The notes: generated by a model not told the origin, from the letters alone. A stretch of DNA of 20,000 nt from an uncultured virus (IMG/VR IMGVR_UViG_3300005142_000031) (IMGVR_UViG_3300005142_000031), one strand, 5' to 3'; positions 8,595 through 15,895 are shown, counted from the first letter of the stretch. Translations and numbers: made by a program.

Positions 8595-9349
8595 GCCCAG
8601 GCACTCATGTCGACGGCAGTGCGATTGGCCGTACCGGTGCCCAGGTCGGCGCCGATAGCCTGCCGGCACCAATCCGGACCGGCAACGAACAGCGGGTCGA
8701 GAGCGGACAGCCGCAGCGTCGGCTCGGGGCAGAGCCGCGGGGCGTCCGGGGCCGGCCAGTTCTGGCCCCAAAGCCGGATACCCTTCGGCGCGAACCGGCC
8801 TTTCTCGAAATAGTTCTCGATCGACACCACTCCCTGGATGTAGTCCGTGCCGCCTGCCGCCTGGGTCAGTCGGGCCAGCCATTCAGTTGGCTCCTCGGGG
8901 CGCACCGGGACCAACTGCTTGGACTTGCGGATCACCGGATAAAGCCCGAGCTCGATCGCCAGCCAGTCCATGGTCGTCTCGGCCAGCGACGCCAGCGTCC
9001 AGGGTCCCTTGTCGACCAGATGGTCGAGCAGACCGTCGAACGATGTCTTGACCTCGCGGTAGCCGTCGCACTTGCCGTAGACGTGCTGGCAGCGCTTCTG
9101 CAGCTTGTCGGCCCACTGGTCGAGCTCGGCCACCGCGATCTCGTCCATCGGCCGGCGGTTCTTGTCGCGGCAGGGCACCGGGATCTTGTGCACGCCGTCC
9201 TTCTGGCCGAGCTGAAACCAGCTGTGCTCGGCCGAGCGGCTGTGCTGGGCCTCCTCCATGATCACCACGACGTGGCAACGGGCGAAGCGCTCGTACATGT
9301 AGAGCGGCGGGAACATCAGAGGCTGGGTCGCGGTCACCCAGATCGGCAT
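8591..9349 (-). CDS. WbqC-like protein (putative aminoacyl/glycyl transferase)
   Basis: ATQPLMFPPLYMYERFARCHVVVIMEEAQH, IPVP, HVYGK, TEWLARLTQAAGGTDYIQG and LSALDPLF follow the WbqC pattern; start MPIW after CCAAGGAGG. Confidence 0.8.
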   Translation of the reverse strand: MPIWVTATQPLMFPPLYMYERFARCHVVVIMEEAQHSRSAEHSWFQLGQKDGVHKIPVPCRDKNRRPMDEIAVAELDQWADKLQKRCQHVYGKCDGYREVKTSFDGLLDHLVDKGPWTLASLAETTMDWLAIELGLYPVIRKSKQLVPVRPEEPTEWLARLTQAAGGTDYIQGVVSIENYFEKGRFAPKGIRLWGQNWPAPDAPRLCPEPTLRLSALDPLFVAGPDWCRQAIGADLGTGTANRTAVDMSAWA

Positions 9350-9372
9350 GGTGCCCTCCTTGGCAGCTAGGA

Positions 9373-10833
9373 TTATTGTCCCTTCCACTGGACGATCCAG
9401 GACGGCGCCTTGACTCCGCCCTCGAGCCGCACGACGTAACCCAGCTCGGTCAGCGCCCAGGCCAGCCAGGGCACCGAGTAGCGGCCGAGCGTGCCACTGT
9501 CGCGCGCCGCGGCGACCGCCCGGACCACCTGGTCCAGGGTCTGGCCGTCGACCCGGCCGACGCCGGCGACCGCCTCCAGGGTGGCGCCCATCGACTTGAA
9601 CCGGCCGAGTTCCAGGCCCGGGTTCACCGTCCGCCAGGCGTCCTCCATGATCGCGCCGATACGGTCACCGACCGCGGCCGGGTCGCGCATATCGAGCTCG
9701 ATCAGGGCGTTGGCATAGGCGGTGTCGGCCGCCGCGTCGAAGTCGGCGAGCAGCGTCTTGAGCGCCGCCATGATCGCCTCGACGTCGTAGCTGTCGACCG
9801 AGAACGGGCTGTTCACCTCACCGGCCGAATACCGGGTCGCCTTGTGCAGGTGCGGACTGCCCGAGCACACCGCCTCGATGCTCGACATGTACAGGCCGTT
9901 GTAGTCGGTCAGGTAGGCGGACAGCTCGCAGTCGTAGAGCGCGTCCATCACCTCGGCGCGCGGGCGCTGGTGCAGCACCTCGATCGAGTCGCCGGCCGCG
10001 TCGATCACGTTGCGCGCCCAGTCGTCGAGCTTGGACTGGGTTGCCAGCACGGTCCGGATCGGCGTGCCATTGCAGCGCAGGGCGTGCACCGCCCGGATCA
10101 GCGGCTCGGTCTGCTCGCCGGCCTCCTCCTCGCTGCGCCCGAACGAGCGCGCCACGAACACCCGGAAGTCGGCGCCGCGGCGCTGCCGGCGCACCGGGTC
10201 GCGCGGCGGCCGGTAGGGCCGGTACACCCGGTGCACGTTGGCCATGGCCTGGCGGGCGTTGCTGGGCGACAGCAGGGCGCGGATGTTCTGGTGCAGCACG
10301 GTCACTTCGTTGGGGACATGCAGCACCGCCGGGCTCTCCAGCGTCGACAGCACCTGGAGGTGCATCAGCTCGCGGATGAAGTCTGGGTTCGAGCCGCCTC
10401 GGCCGGCGCGGGACTTGCCGTCCTCATAGCCGAACACGCAGTCGAAGAAGGTGACCACCGGCACGTTCAGCCGAGTATGGCCCTTCCTGTAGAGGAACCG
10501 CCGGATCGCCAGTGCCGCCTCGGGCGTGCCCAGGAACACCACGTCGTATGGCAGGTCGGTCAGCTCAGGCATGAGAAGCCGGGCCAGCTCGGGCGGAATC
10601 AGGCCGCCGGTGAAGTTCAGGTCCTGCGGATAGTCGACCGGCCGCACCGTCAGGTTCGGATGGCCACCGAACCACCGGGTGTGGTCGTACTTCCAGTCCC
10701 TGCCCGAGGGCATGGCGACCACCACCGCGTGTCCGGCGGCGGCCAGCGCCCCGGCGAGCTCGGACTGGTGGACGATGCCGGAGGACTGCGCCTCGTCCTT
10801 GAAGTAGAGGTAGGGCAACATCAGCACGCGCAT
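9373..10833 (-). CDS. Second GT-B fold glycosyltransferase, ~486 aa
   Basis: MRVLML...SGIVHQSELAGALAAAGHAVVV N-terminus; PRAEVMDALYDCELSAYLTDYNGLYMSSIEAVCSGSP (degenerate N-x7-E motif). Confidence 0.78.
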   Translation of the reverse strand: MRVLMLPYLYFKDEAQSSGIVHQSELAGALAAAGHAVVVAMPSGRDWKYDHTRWFGGHPNLTVRPVDYPQDLNFTGGLIPPELARLLMPELTDLPYDVVFLGTPEAALAIRRFLYRKGHTRLNVPVVTFFDCVFGYEDGKSRAGRGGSNPDFIRELMHLQVLSTLESPAVLHVPNEVTVLHQNIRALLSPSNARQAMANVHRVYRPYRPPRDPVRRQRRGADFRVFVARSFGRSEEEAGEQTEPLIRAVHALRCNGTPIRTVLATQSKLDDWARNVIDAAGDSIEVLHQRPRAEVMDALYDCELSAYLTDYNGLYMSSIEAVCSGSPHLHKATRYSAGEVNSPFSVDSYDVEAIMAALKTLLADFDAAADTAYANALIELDMRDPAAVGDRIGAIMEDAWRTVNPGLELGRFKSMGATLEAVAGVGRVDGQTLDQVVRAVAAARDSGTLGRYSVPWLAWALTELGYVVRLEGGVKAPSWIVQWKGQ

Positions 10834-10849
10834 CGCCAACGGGCCTCCG

Positions 10850-10863
10850 TGCAATCGATTGCA
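10850..10863. repeat. 14-bp palindrome copy 4, TGCAATCGATTGCA
   Basis: Perfect palindrome, intergenic, abutting the GGAGG SD of the glycosyltransferase. Confidence 0.95.
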
Positions 10864-10869
10864 GGCGGA

Positions 10870-11433
10870 TCAGCGGGCGACGGTGACGACGCCGAGCAGG
10901 TAGCTGGAGTCCCCGGGGACCGGGCTGACAGCGACTGGGGCGTCGAAGGCCTCGCACAAGGACCGCACCGAGGTCGCCTGCAGCCGGCCGCCGTAGTGCA
11001 GCGGGTCGAGCCAGGAGACGACGACAAAGCGCTCGGCGAGGCTGCGCAGGGTCTGGCAGAACCGGGTGCGATCGGCCGGATCGACAGTTGGCAGCACGCC
11101 GGCGGCGACCACCACGTCGAAGCGCCGCGGCGTCTCCTGGGCGAAGCCGTCCAGGCCGCTCTTGAGGATCTCCAGCTTCGGATGCCGGGCCCGGGCGATG
11201 TTCCAAATCCAGTCGATCTGCTCGATGCCGGTATAGGCGACCGCCGGCGAGATGCAGTCGGCCAGGTCGCCGTAGCCACAACCCACGTCGAGCACCGAGA
11301 TTGGGTCGAGCGACGATACCAGCTCCGAGGTGGCGACCAGCCGGGCGTCATGCAGGTGGTCCGGGGTCAGCAGCCCCTCCGGGGTGCCACGCTTGTCGTC
11401 GGGCTGGCTCTCATAGATCGAGACCGCATCCAT
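10870..11433 (-). CDS. Class I SAM-dependent methyltransferase (small-molecule/sugar type)
   Basis: SVLDVGCGYGDL motif I, YTGIE, FDVVVAAGVL; no DPPY/NPPY or PCQ motif of DNA methyltransferases; start MDAVS after GGAGG. Confidence 0.85.
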   Translation of the reverse strand: MDAVSIYESQPDDKRGTPEGLLTPDHLHDARLVATSELVSSLDPISVLDVGCGYGDLADCISPAVAYTGIEQIDWIWNIARARHPKLEILKSGLDGFAQETPRRFDVVVAAGVLPTVDPADRTRFCQTLRSLAERFVVVSWLDPLHYGGRLQATSVRSLCEAFDAPVAVSPVPGDSSYLLGVVTVAR

Positions 11434-11452
11434 CCTGGACTGTCCTCCCTGG

Positions 11453-12133
11453 TCATCGCACCATCTTGCGCAGAACGTGGAACAGCTCGGCATAACCCAG
11501 CCCCGACTCGAGGCCGCGCATCCGCGCCATCGCCCGGGCCGCCTCGAACGACCAGCAGTGACCGTTCTGGCGGATCTGGGTCCGGTAGCAGCCGAGCATG
11601 GCGATCTTGGCGTCGAGGCCGGTCTCGCCGATTTCGACATACATGCCGCCCTTGCCGGCGTCGGCCGAGGACCCCGCGCCCCAGGCGGTTGCCGGGTATT
11701 CGTAGGCGGCGATCAGCTGGACGCCCCGGGTCAGGGCCGAGGGACGGGTCGCCGCCAGACAGGCGCGGTAGGCGATCTCGTGGTCCTGGTGGCTGGACGG
11801 CAGCGGAATCAGGATCTCGGTCGGGTCGACGGTGCGGATCTCGTCCTCGACGAACGACACGATGTCGGCGATCGGCAGGGTGTCGAGCAACCGGTCCTTG
11901 TCGTAGAAGCCGATCCGGCAACTGCCGCCGACCTGGTCCATCGACCGGCGCAGCTCCTGGACCCGCTCCTGCCAGGTGACCTCGCGGCCGAGATGGCCGA
12001 AGAACACGTTGCCGACCGCCAGCACCGAGACATGAACCTTGCCGCCGTCCGCCGCCACCCGGTGCATGTAGCCGCCGCAGCCGAGCTCCGCGTCGTCGGC
12101 GTGCGGGGCGACCACCATCAAGCGCTTCTCCAC
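11453..12133 (-). CDS. PIG-L/LmbE family N-acetylglucosamine deacetylase
   Basis: VVAPHADDAELGCGG and SSHQDH metal/catalytic motifs, AYE, KIAMLGCYRTQ, RG...YAELF; GTG start after AAGGAGG. Confidence 0.92.
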   Translation of the reverse strand: MEKRLMVVAPHADDAELGCGGYMHRVAADGGKVHVSVLAVGNVFFGHLGREVTWQERVQELRRSMDQVGGSCRIGFYDKDRLLDTLPIADIVSFVEDEIRTVDPTEILIPLPSSHQDHEIAYRACLAATRPSALTRGVQLIAAYEYPATAWGAGSSADAGKGGMYVEIGETGLDAKIAMLGCYRTQIRQNGHCWSFEAARAMARMRGLESGLGYAELFHVLRKMVR

Positions 12134-12215
12134 GCCCGTTCCTCCTTGAACATCCGGCGTCTTCGGATCGGCGCAGTCTGGCAAATCGGACCCGGCGAGG
12201 CACCCGGCACGACGA

Positions 12216-12243
12216 GGGGTGGCATCAGAACTGGTGCCACCCC
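12216..12243. terminator. Strong hairpin, possible terminator or processing site, separating accessory genes from the modification cluster
   Basis: GGGGTGGCATCAG-AA-CTGGTGCCACCCC (12 of 13 pairs); no U-tract on the minus strand. Confidence 0.45.
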
Positions 12244-12244
12244 G

Positions 12245-12258
12245 TGCAATCGATTGCA
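12245..12258. repeat. 14-bp palindrome copy 5, TGCAATCGATTGCA
   Basis: Perfect palindrome, intergenic, upstream of the PIG-L gene and adjacent to the hairpin. Confidence 0.95.
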
Positions 12259-12262
12259 GCGG

Positions 12263-12481
12263 TCAGACCTGGTCGAGGTCCGGCACCGGCACGTCGAGTG
12301 CCCGGCCGAGGGCATGGGCCAATTCGGACCCCTCGACCCGCTGGGTGCGGCTGCCCTGGCGGAACAGCGCAGACTCCAACATGGTCCATCCGACCAGATG
12401 GAGGCCGAGACGGTCGCCGATCGCTTCCCAGAAGTCGCCGGTGGCGATGGCCTGCCGGTCGTGGCGCGTACGCTGGGTCAT
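12263..12481 (-). CDS. Hypothetical protein (72 aa)
   Basis: ATG at 12481 after AGGAGGT SD. Confidence 0.65.
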   Translation of the reverse strand: MTQRTRHDRQAIATGDFWEAIGDRLGLHLVGWTMLESALFRQGSRTQRVEGSELAHALGRALDVPVPDLDQV

Positions 12482-12495
12482 GGACACCTCCTAGA

Positions 12496-12717
12496 TCAAG
12501 GCCGGAACCATTCGTCGCCGCCGATATCGCTGACCCCGTGGAAATACTGCTCGATCGCCAGGCCGGCATTATCCGGCATCGCCGTATCGGGCATCAGCTC
12601 CGCCCACTGCTCGGCAACGAAGTCCTCGAACAGATCGGCCTGCACTTCCTCGAGCGAAGTGCCGAGGTAGGTGTTGGCGCCATGCTGGTGGCTGACCACC
12701 ATGTACCAGATCTTCAT
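12496..12717 (-). CDS. Hypothetical protein (73 aa, MKIWYMVVSHQHG...)
   Basis: ATG after CCCAAGGAGGGG SD. Confidence 0.72.
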   Translation of the reverse strand: MKIWYMVVSHQHGANTYLGTSLEEVQADLFEDFVAEQWAELMPDTAMPDNAGLAIEQYFHGVSDIGGDEWFRP

Positions 12718-12752
12718 GGTCCCCTCCTTGGGTTCGGTCTTCCGGATCAGGC

Positions 12753-13263
12753 TCAGAACGGGTTGGTGCCCCCGCCATCGCCGATGACGAACACATCGAC
12801 GCAATCCGCCAGCAGGTTGGCGTTGGCCATCGTGCCGTGCAGGCTGATCACAAAGTCCGTCCCCCGCGGCAGGTCGACCGTCATCCGCCAGGACCGGGCG
12901 AAGGACTCGAAGAAGGCCTCATCCCATCCGAGGTAGATGTTGATCGAGGTCTCCGTGATCGCCGAAGCCGTGTGCGCCTGGGAGTAGCCGCCGACGGTGA
13001 TAACCACCCGACCCACGTCCCCCTGGGGCAGCGACCAGGCCGGATCGGTGAGTGCGAGTTGCAGGCCGGTCGAGAACACCGCCAGGACGACCTCTCGGCC
13101 CGTCTGCGGGTACTACGTCATCATCGAGCAGAAGACCTCATCCTGCAGGTTACGGTAGGCCTCGACCCACCACACCCCGCCGGCGCTGTCTGCCCACAAC
13201 GTCTCCGCCTGGACGGCCGGGGCCGTCAGAACTGCGGCGGTCGCCAGCAAGCAGTCTCGACAT
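12753..13263 (-). pseudogene. Disrupted exported protein gene (signal peptide ... C-terminal TNPF)
   Basis: One frame reads LLATAAVLTAPAVQA-ETLWADSAGGVWWVEAYRNLQDEVFCSMMT*YPQTGREVVLAVFSTGLQL...GGTNPF with an in-frame TAG at 13113-13115; the ATG at 13263 (MSRLL) is one base out of frame, or TTG at 13250 is the start. Confidence 0.65.
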
Positions 13264-13711
13264 CCCCGAAGAACCCGTTGGCGCCGCAAGTATGGCAGGT
13301 TGCCGTGTCGGTCCAGTTAACGACGCAGAACTTCTCGGCACTGCTATCCCATCGCACCTCGGCCGGCCGGGTGATGTCGGTCGATCCGCATTCCGGGCAG
13401 TGCAGGGTGATCTTGGGCGTGCCGACCGCCGACTCCGGCTCGGGGGCGGAGGCCGGATCGTGCGACCCCTCCCAGGTCAGGGCGGCATAGAGCCGACCTG
13501 CCAGATCCTCGACCCAGCCCTCCAAGTCGGGAGACAGGTCGAACAGCGCGGCGATCAGCCGGGTGCGGTCCTTTGGGTCGAGCTCGAAGATGATGCTCGA
13601 CAATCCGGACCTGAGCACGATCCGCTTGTTCGGATACCACAAGCCATCGGTCGACACCAGCAACTCCGTGCCGTCTTTGGTGGCGTCGTTGAACGGCCCG
13701 TATTCTGTCAT
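13226..13711 (-). CDS. Paralog-family member F, fused to a C-terminal zinc ribbon (CPEC...CHTC)
   Basis: Start MTEYG at 13711 (ATGA overlap); contains DRTRLIAALFDLSPDLEGWVEDLAGRL. Confidence 0.78.
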   Translation of the reverse strand: MTEYGPFNDATKDGTELLVSTDGLWYPNKRIVLRSGLSSIIFELDPKDRTRLIAALFDLSPDLEGWVEDLAGRLYAALTWEGSHDPASAPEPESAVGTPKITLHCPECGSTDITRPAEVRWDSSAEKFCVVNWTDTATCHTCGANGFFGDVETACWRPPQF

Positions 13712-13953
13712 GGCATGTCCTCCATGGCGGCGACCAGCTTGGTGGCGAGCTGCTCCCGCCAGTCGGGGTGCTCCAGGCTGACCCCGTAGAGCGCGGCGAC
13801 CAGGGTGAGCTTGCCGGACGGTTTCAGCACCAATCCGTTCATCGGGAGTAGCTCGGCCGAACCGTCCGACAGGGTGCGCAGCTTCATATGCCCGTTGCAG
13901 ATGTCGGCGCCGCACTCGCAGTTGACGATGACTTCAGTGTCAACCAAGACCAT
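13708..13953 (-). CDS. Paralog-family member E (81 aa)
   Basis: MVLVDTEVIVNCECGADIC...KLTLVAALYGVSLEHPDWREQLATKL; start overlaps the upstream stop. Confidence 0.8.
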   Translation of the reverse strand: MVLVDTEVIVNCECGADICNGHMKLRTLSDGSAELLPMNGLVLKPSGKLTLVAALYGVSLEHPDWREQLATKLVAAMEDMP

Positions 13954-14207
13954 CACGCACCCTCCAATGCCGCGACCAGACGCTCGGCCAGGACCTCTCG
14001 GAAATTCGGGGTGTCTTGCGGCACGCCATAGAGGGCGGCGACCAGTCGCAGCCTCTCCTCCTCGTGCAGGGTGACGTTCACCGACGCGGCGTTCTGGCCG
14101 TAGACGTCGAGGGTTACAGCCCCCACTCCGGATCTCGCCGTCACGATGGTAATGCCGTAGTCGCACTTTGGATCGCCGCAGGCGCAGTCGATCTGGAAGA
14201 AGGACAT
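13953..14207 (-). CDS. Paralog-family member D (84 aa)
   Basis: MSFFQIDCACGDPKC...ERLRLVAALYGVPQDTPNFREVLAERL. Confidence 0.8.
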   Translation of the reverse strand: MSFFQIDCACGDPKCDYGITIVTARSGVGAVTLDVYGQNAASVNVTLHEEERLRLVAALYGVPQDTPNFREVLAERLVAALEGA

Positions 14208-14464
14208 CACTCGGCCTCCTCGATCAGCGTGACCAGCCTTGCGGCCAGGCGCTCCTTCCAACCTTCCTGCTCGGAGTCGACGCAGGCGATCGCCGCGATG
14301 ACGTGGATGATGTCCTCGGTCCTGAGATCGATCGCCGGCATATCGAATTCGGGGTCGGGCTTGATGTCGAGCTGGCAGTAGTTCTTTGTCCTGAACACCT
14401 GCAGCGTGGTCTTGTCGTTGGGGTCTTCGTCCTTGAAGAGCCGGTTCACGGCGAGATTGGTCAT
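14207..14464 (-). CDS. Paralog-family member C (85 aa)
   Basis: MTNLAVNRLF...DIIHVIAAIACVDSEQEGWKERLAARL. Confidence 0.8.
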   Translation of the reverse strand: MTNLAVNRLFKDEDPNDKTTLQVFRTKNYCQLDIKPDPEFDMPAIDLRTEDIIHVIAAIACVDSEQEGWKERLAARLVTLIEEAE

Positions 14465-14676
14465 AGCCGCCCCCACTGCTCGAACAGCTCGTCCTCGATG
14501 CGGGTGCGCTCCTCGCGGGTCAGCTGGCCGGGGTCGACCTTGGCGCCGGTCGGCCAGAACACGGTAGTGCCCCAGAACTCCGCCGTCGCCGGGTCGCGGG
14601 TCGGCTCGAAGGTGCCGCGGGCGATCACGGGCATTCCGTCGCCGATCCTGGTGTCGATGAAGACTTCGTCGAGCAT
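14461..14676 (-). CDS. Hypothetical protein (71 aa), lacking the shared paralog motif
   Basis: ATG after CCCAAGGATGGG; stop overlaps the next start; preceded by a promoter-like element. Confidence 0.68.
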   Translation of the reverse strand: MLDEVFIDTRIGDGMPVIARGTFEPTRDPATAEFWGTTVFWPTGAKVDPGQLTREERTRIEDELFEQWGRL

Positions 14677-14715
14677 CTTGCGGTCCCATCCTTGGGTTGC
14701 TGAAGTCCTGTAGTC

Positions 14716-14743
14716 ATTCTGACACAGGACGAGACAGGGTCAA
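14716..14743 (-). promoter_or_regulatory. Sigma70-like promoter TTGACC-N16-CAGAAT
   Basis: Intergenic; spacer shares GTCCTGTG with the promoter at 123-150; inverted repeat GTCCTGT...ACAGGAC (14705-14730) covers the -10. Confidence 0.55.
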
Positions 14744-14985
14744 GAGAAAGGATTGGCCTCCAGGTCCTGGACCAGCCAGTGGGCGAGCCGCTCCTTCCAG
14801 CCTGTTTCGGTGATGTCGACACCACAGAGGCCGGCAACCAAGGTCAGGCGATCCTCCCAGGCGAGGTCGAACGACGGGAGGTCACCGACGAACAGCAGCA
14901 CCTCGTGCTGTGTGTCGTCCCAGACCACTTTCATCTGAAAGGACGGCTCGCCGTTGTCGTGGAGCGTCGTCTTCAAATGGGCCAT
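14740..14985 (-). CDS. Paralog-family member B (81 aa)
   Basis: DRLTLVAGLCGVDITETGWKERLAHWL. Confidence 0.8.
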   Translation of the reverse strand: MAHLKTTLHDNGEPSFQMKVVWDDTQHEVLLFVGDLPSFDLAWEDRLTLVAGLCGVDITETGWKERLAHWLVQDLEANPFS

Positions 14986-14986
14986 G

Positions 14987-15253
14987 TCACCCCTCTCCCA
15001 TGTCGTCGAGCAGGGCCTTGGCGAGCTGCTCGCGCCAACCCGGAGCTCCGTGCTGGATGCCGTACAGAGCCGCGATCATCGTGATCCGATCCGAGTCGGC
15101 GAGATGCATGATGACGTCATAATCCGCAAAGTCAGGATCGTCCGGCTCCGTCGCCCTGATCGTGGTGTAGTGGGTCGACGGCTCCCAGCGGGTAAGGTGC
15201 AGGGACGTTCCGTTGCCGCTGACGCAGAAAAAGCCGGCCTTGAGCTTCTCCAT
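14987..15253 (-). CDS. Paralog-family member A (88 aa)
   Basis: DRITMIAALYGIQHGAPGWREQLAKAL. Confidence 0.8.
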   Translation of the reverse strand: MEKLKAGFFCVSGNGTSLHLTRWEPSTHYTTIRATEPDDPDFADYDVIMHLADSDRITMIAALYGIQHGAPGWREQLAKALLDDMGEG

Positions 15254-15254
15254 G

Positions 15255-15530
15255 TCAGGCCTCCCCGACGATCTGCGATATGCGCTGCTTGGTCAGGCCG
15301 AAGCGGTCGCCGATCTCGGCCAGGGACAGACCCTCGGCGCGCATCCGGCGGATCTCCTTGTCGCGGTTGGGGTCGGCCGGGCCACGGGGGCGACCGGTGC
15401 GGGGACGCCAGTCGGGCACCTCGGCCCGGACCCGGCGCTTCAGCGCCCACACGCTGATGCCCAGCTCCTGGGCCAGCTGCATCAGGCTGGCGCCGCCGGC
15501 GTTGCGCTTGATGATCTGCTGCGGAGTCAT
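15255..15530 (-). CDS. Small DNA-binding protein with two HTH units (sigma70 region 4-like C-terminus)
   Basis: GASLMQLAQELGISVWALKRRV and GLSLAEIGDRFGLTKQRISQIV joined by a GRPRG linker. Confidence 0.82.
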   Translation of the reverse strand: MTPQQIIKRNAGGASLMQLAQELGISVWALKRRVRAEVPDWRPRTGRPRGPADPNRDKEIRRMRAEGLSLAEIGDRFGLTKQRISQIVGEA

Positions 15531-15547
15531 CCTTGGCCTCCCTCCTT

Positions 15548-15561
15548 TGCAATCGATTGCA
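15548..15561. repeat. 14-bp palindrome copy 6, TGCAATCGATTGCA
   Basis: Perfect palindrome directly abutting AAGGAGG upstream of the double-HTH gene. Confidence 0.95.
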
Positions 15562-15574
15562 CGCGGAGGTCGCC

Positions 15575-15799
15575 TTACGGCAGCACCACCAGATCGACCT
15601 TCGAGGCTTCAGGAAAGTCGCGGCGGGCGACCCGCTCTGCGTGGCGGCGCACCTCGGTCAGGGTGCCGCCAGCGGTGATCGTCTTCGGCTCGTAGCATGG
15701 CCCGACCACCGGCATCACCTCGATCATCCACTGACCCCGGCCTTTGGGCGACCTGCCATGCGTGGCGAGGTAGTGCTGGGTGTTCAACTCGAACTTCAT
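15575..15799 (-). CDS. Hypothetical small phage protein (74 aa, HGRSPKGRGQW motif)
   Basis: SD CCAAGGAGGG; first gene after the promoter at 15845-15872. Confidence 0.75.
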   Translation of the reverse strand: MKFELNTQHYLATHGRSPKGRGQWMIEVMPVVGPCYEPKTITAGGTLTEVRRHAERVARRDFPEASKVDLVVLP

Positions 15800-15844
15800 C
15801 TCGGGTGCCCTCCTTGGCGATACGGTGCAATTCCTTACATCTTC

Positions 15845-15872
15845 AGTCTAGCAAAAGGCGATGCGGGGTAAA
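15845..15872 (-). promoter_or_regulatory. Sigma70-like promoter TTTACC-N16-TAGACT
   Basis: Just downstream of a terminator; shares TGCTAGACTGAAGATG with 116-131. Confidence 0.62.
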
Positions 15873-15895
15873 GGAAAAGACGACAACCAGCCGGC

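Noticed and set aside
8595..8882. ORF-track N-terminal extensions (this one, and 4686..5318, 10870..11640, 13226..13915, 14207..14689, 18443..19384)
   Set aside because: They overlap upstream genes and have low-complexity translations; internal starts have good SDs or stop/start coupling.
10870..11433. DNA methyltransferase of a restriction-modification system
   Set aside because: Short, with no DPPY/NPPY or PCQ catalytic motif; looks like a small-molecule methyltransferase.
971..11979. Long plus-strand ORFs (971..2623, 2620..4446, 7104..8813, 9376..11979 and others)
   Set aside because: Antisense shadows of motif-bearing minus-strand genes in GC-rich DNA; no recognisable motifs.
7086..12133. 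Host O-antigen locus or Gtr-type serotype conversion cassette
   Set aside because: No membrane, flippase or sugar-synthesis genes, and it carries the phage palindromes and SD style. Not fully excluded as a function.
13113..13115. Amber stop-codon reassignment
   Set aside because: TAG terminates terL and other genes normally, and no other gene appears interrupted.
15826..15832. TGCAATT as an eighth palindrome copy
   Set aside because: Half-site only; the other arm is absent.
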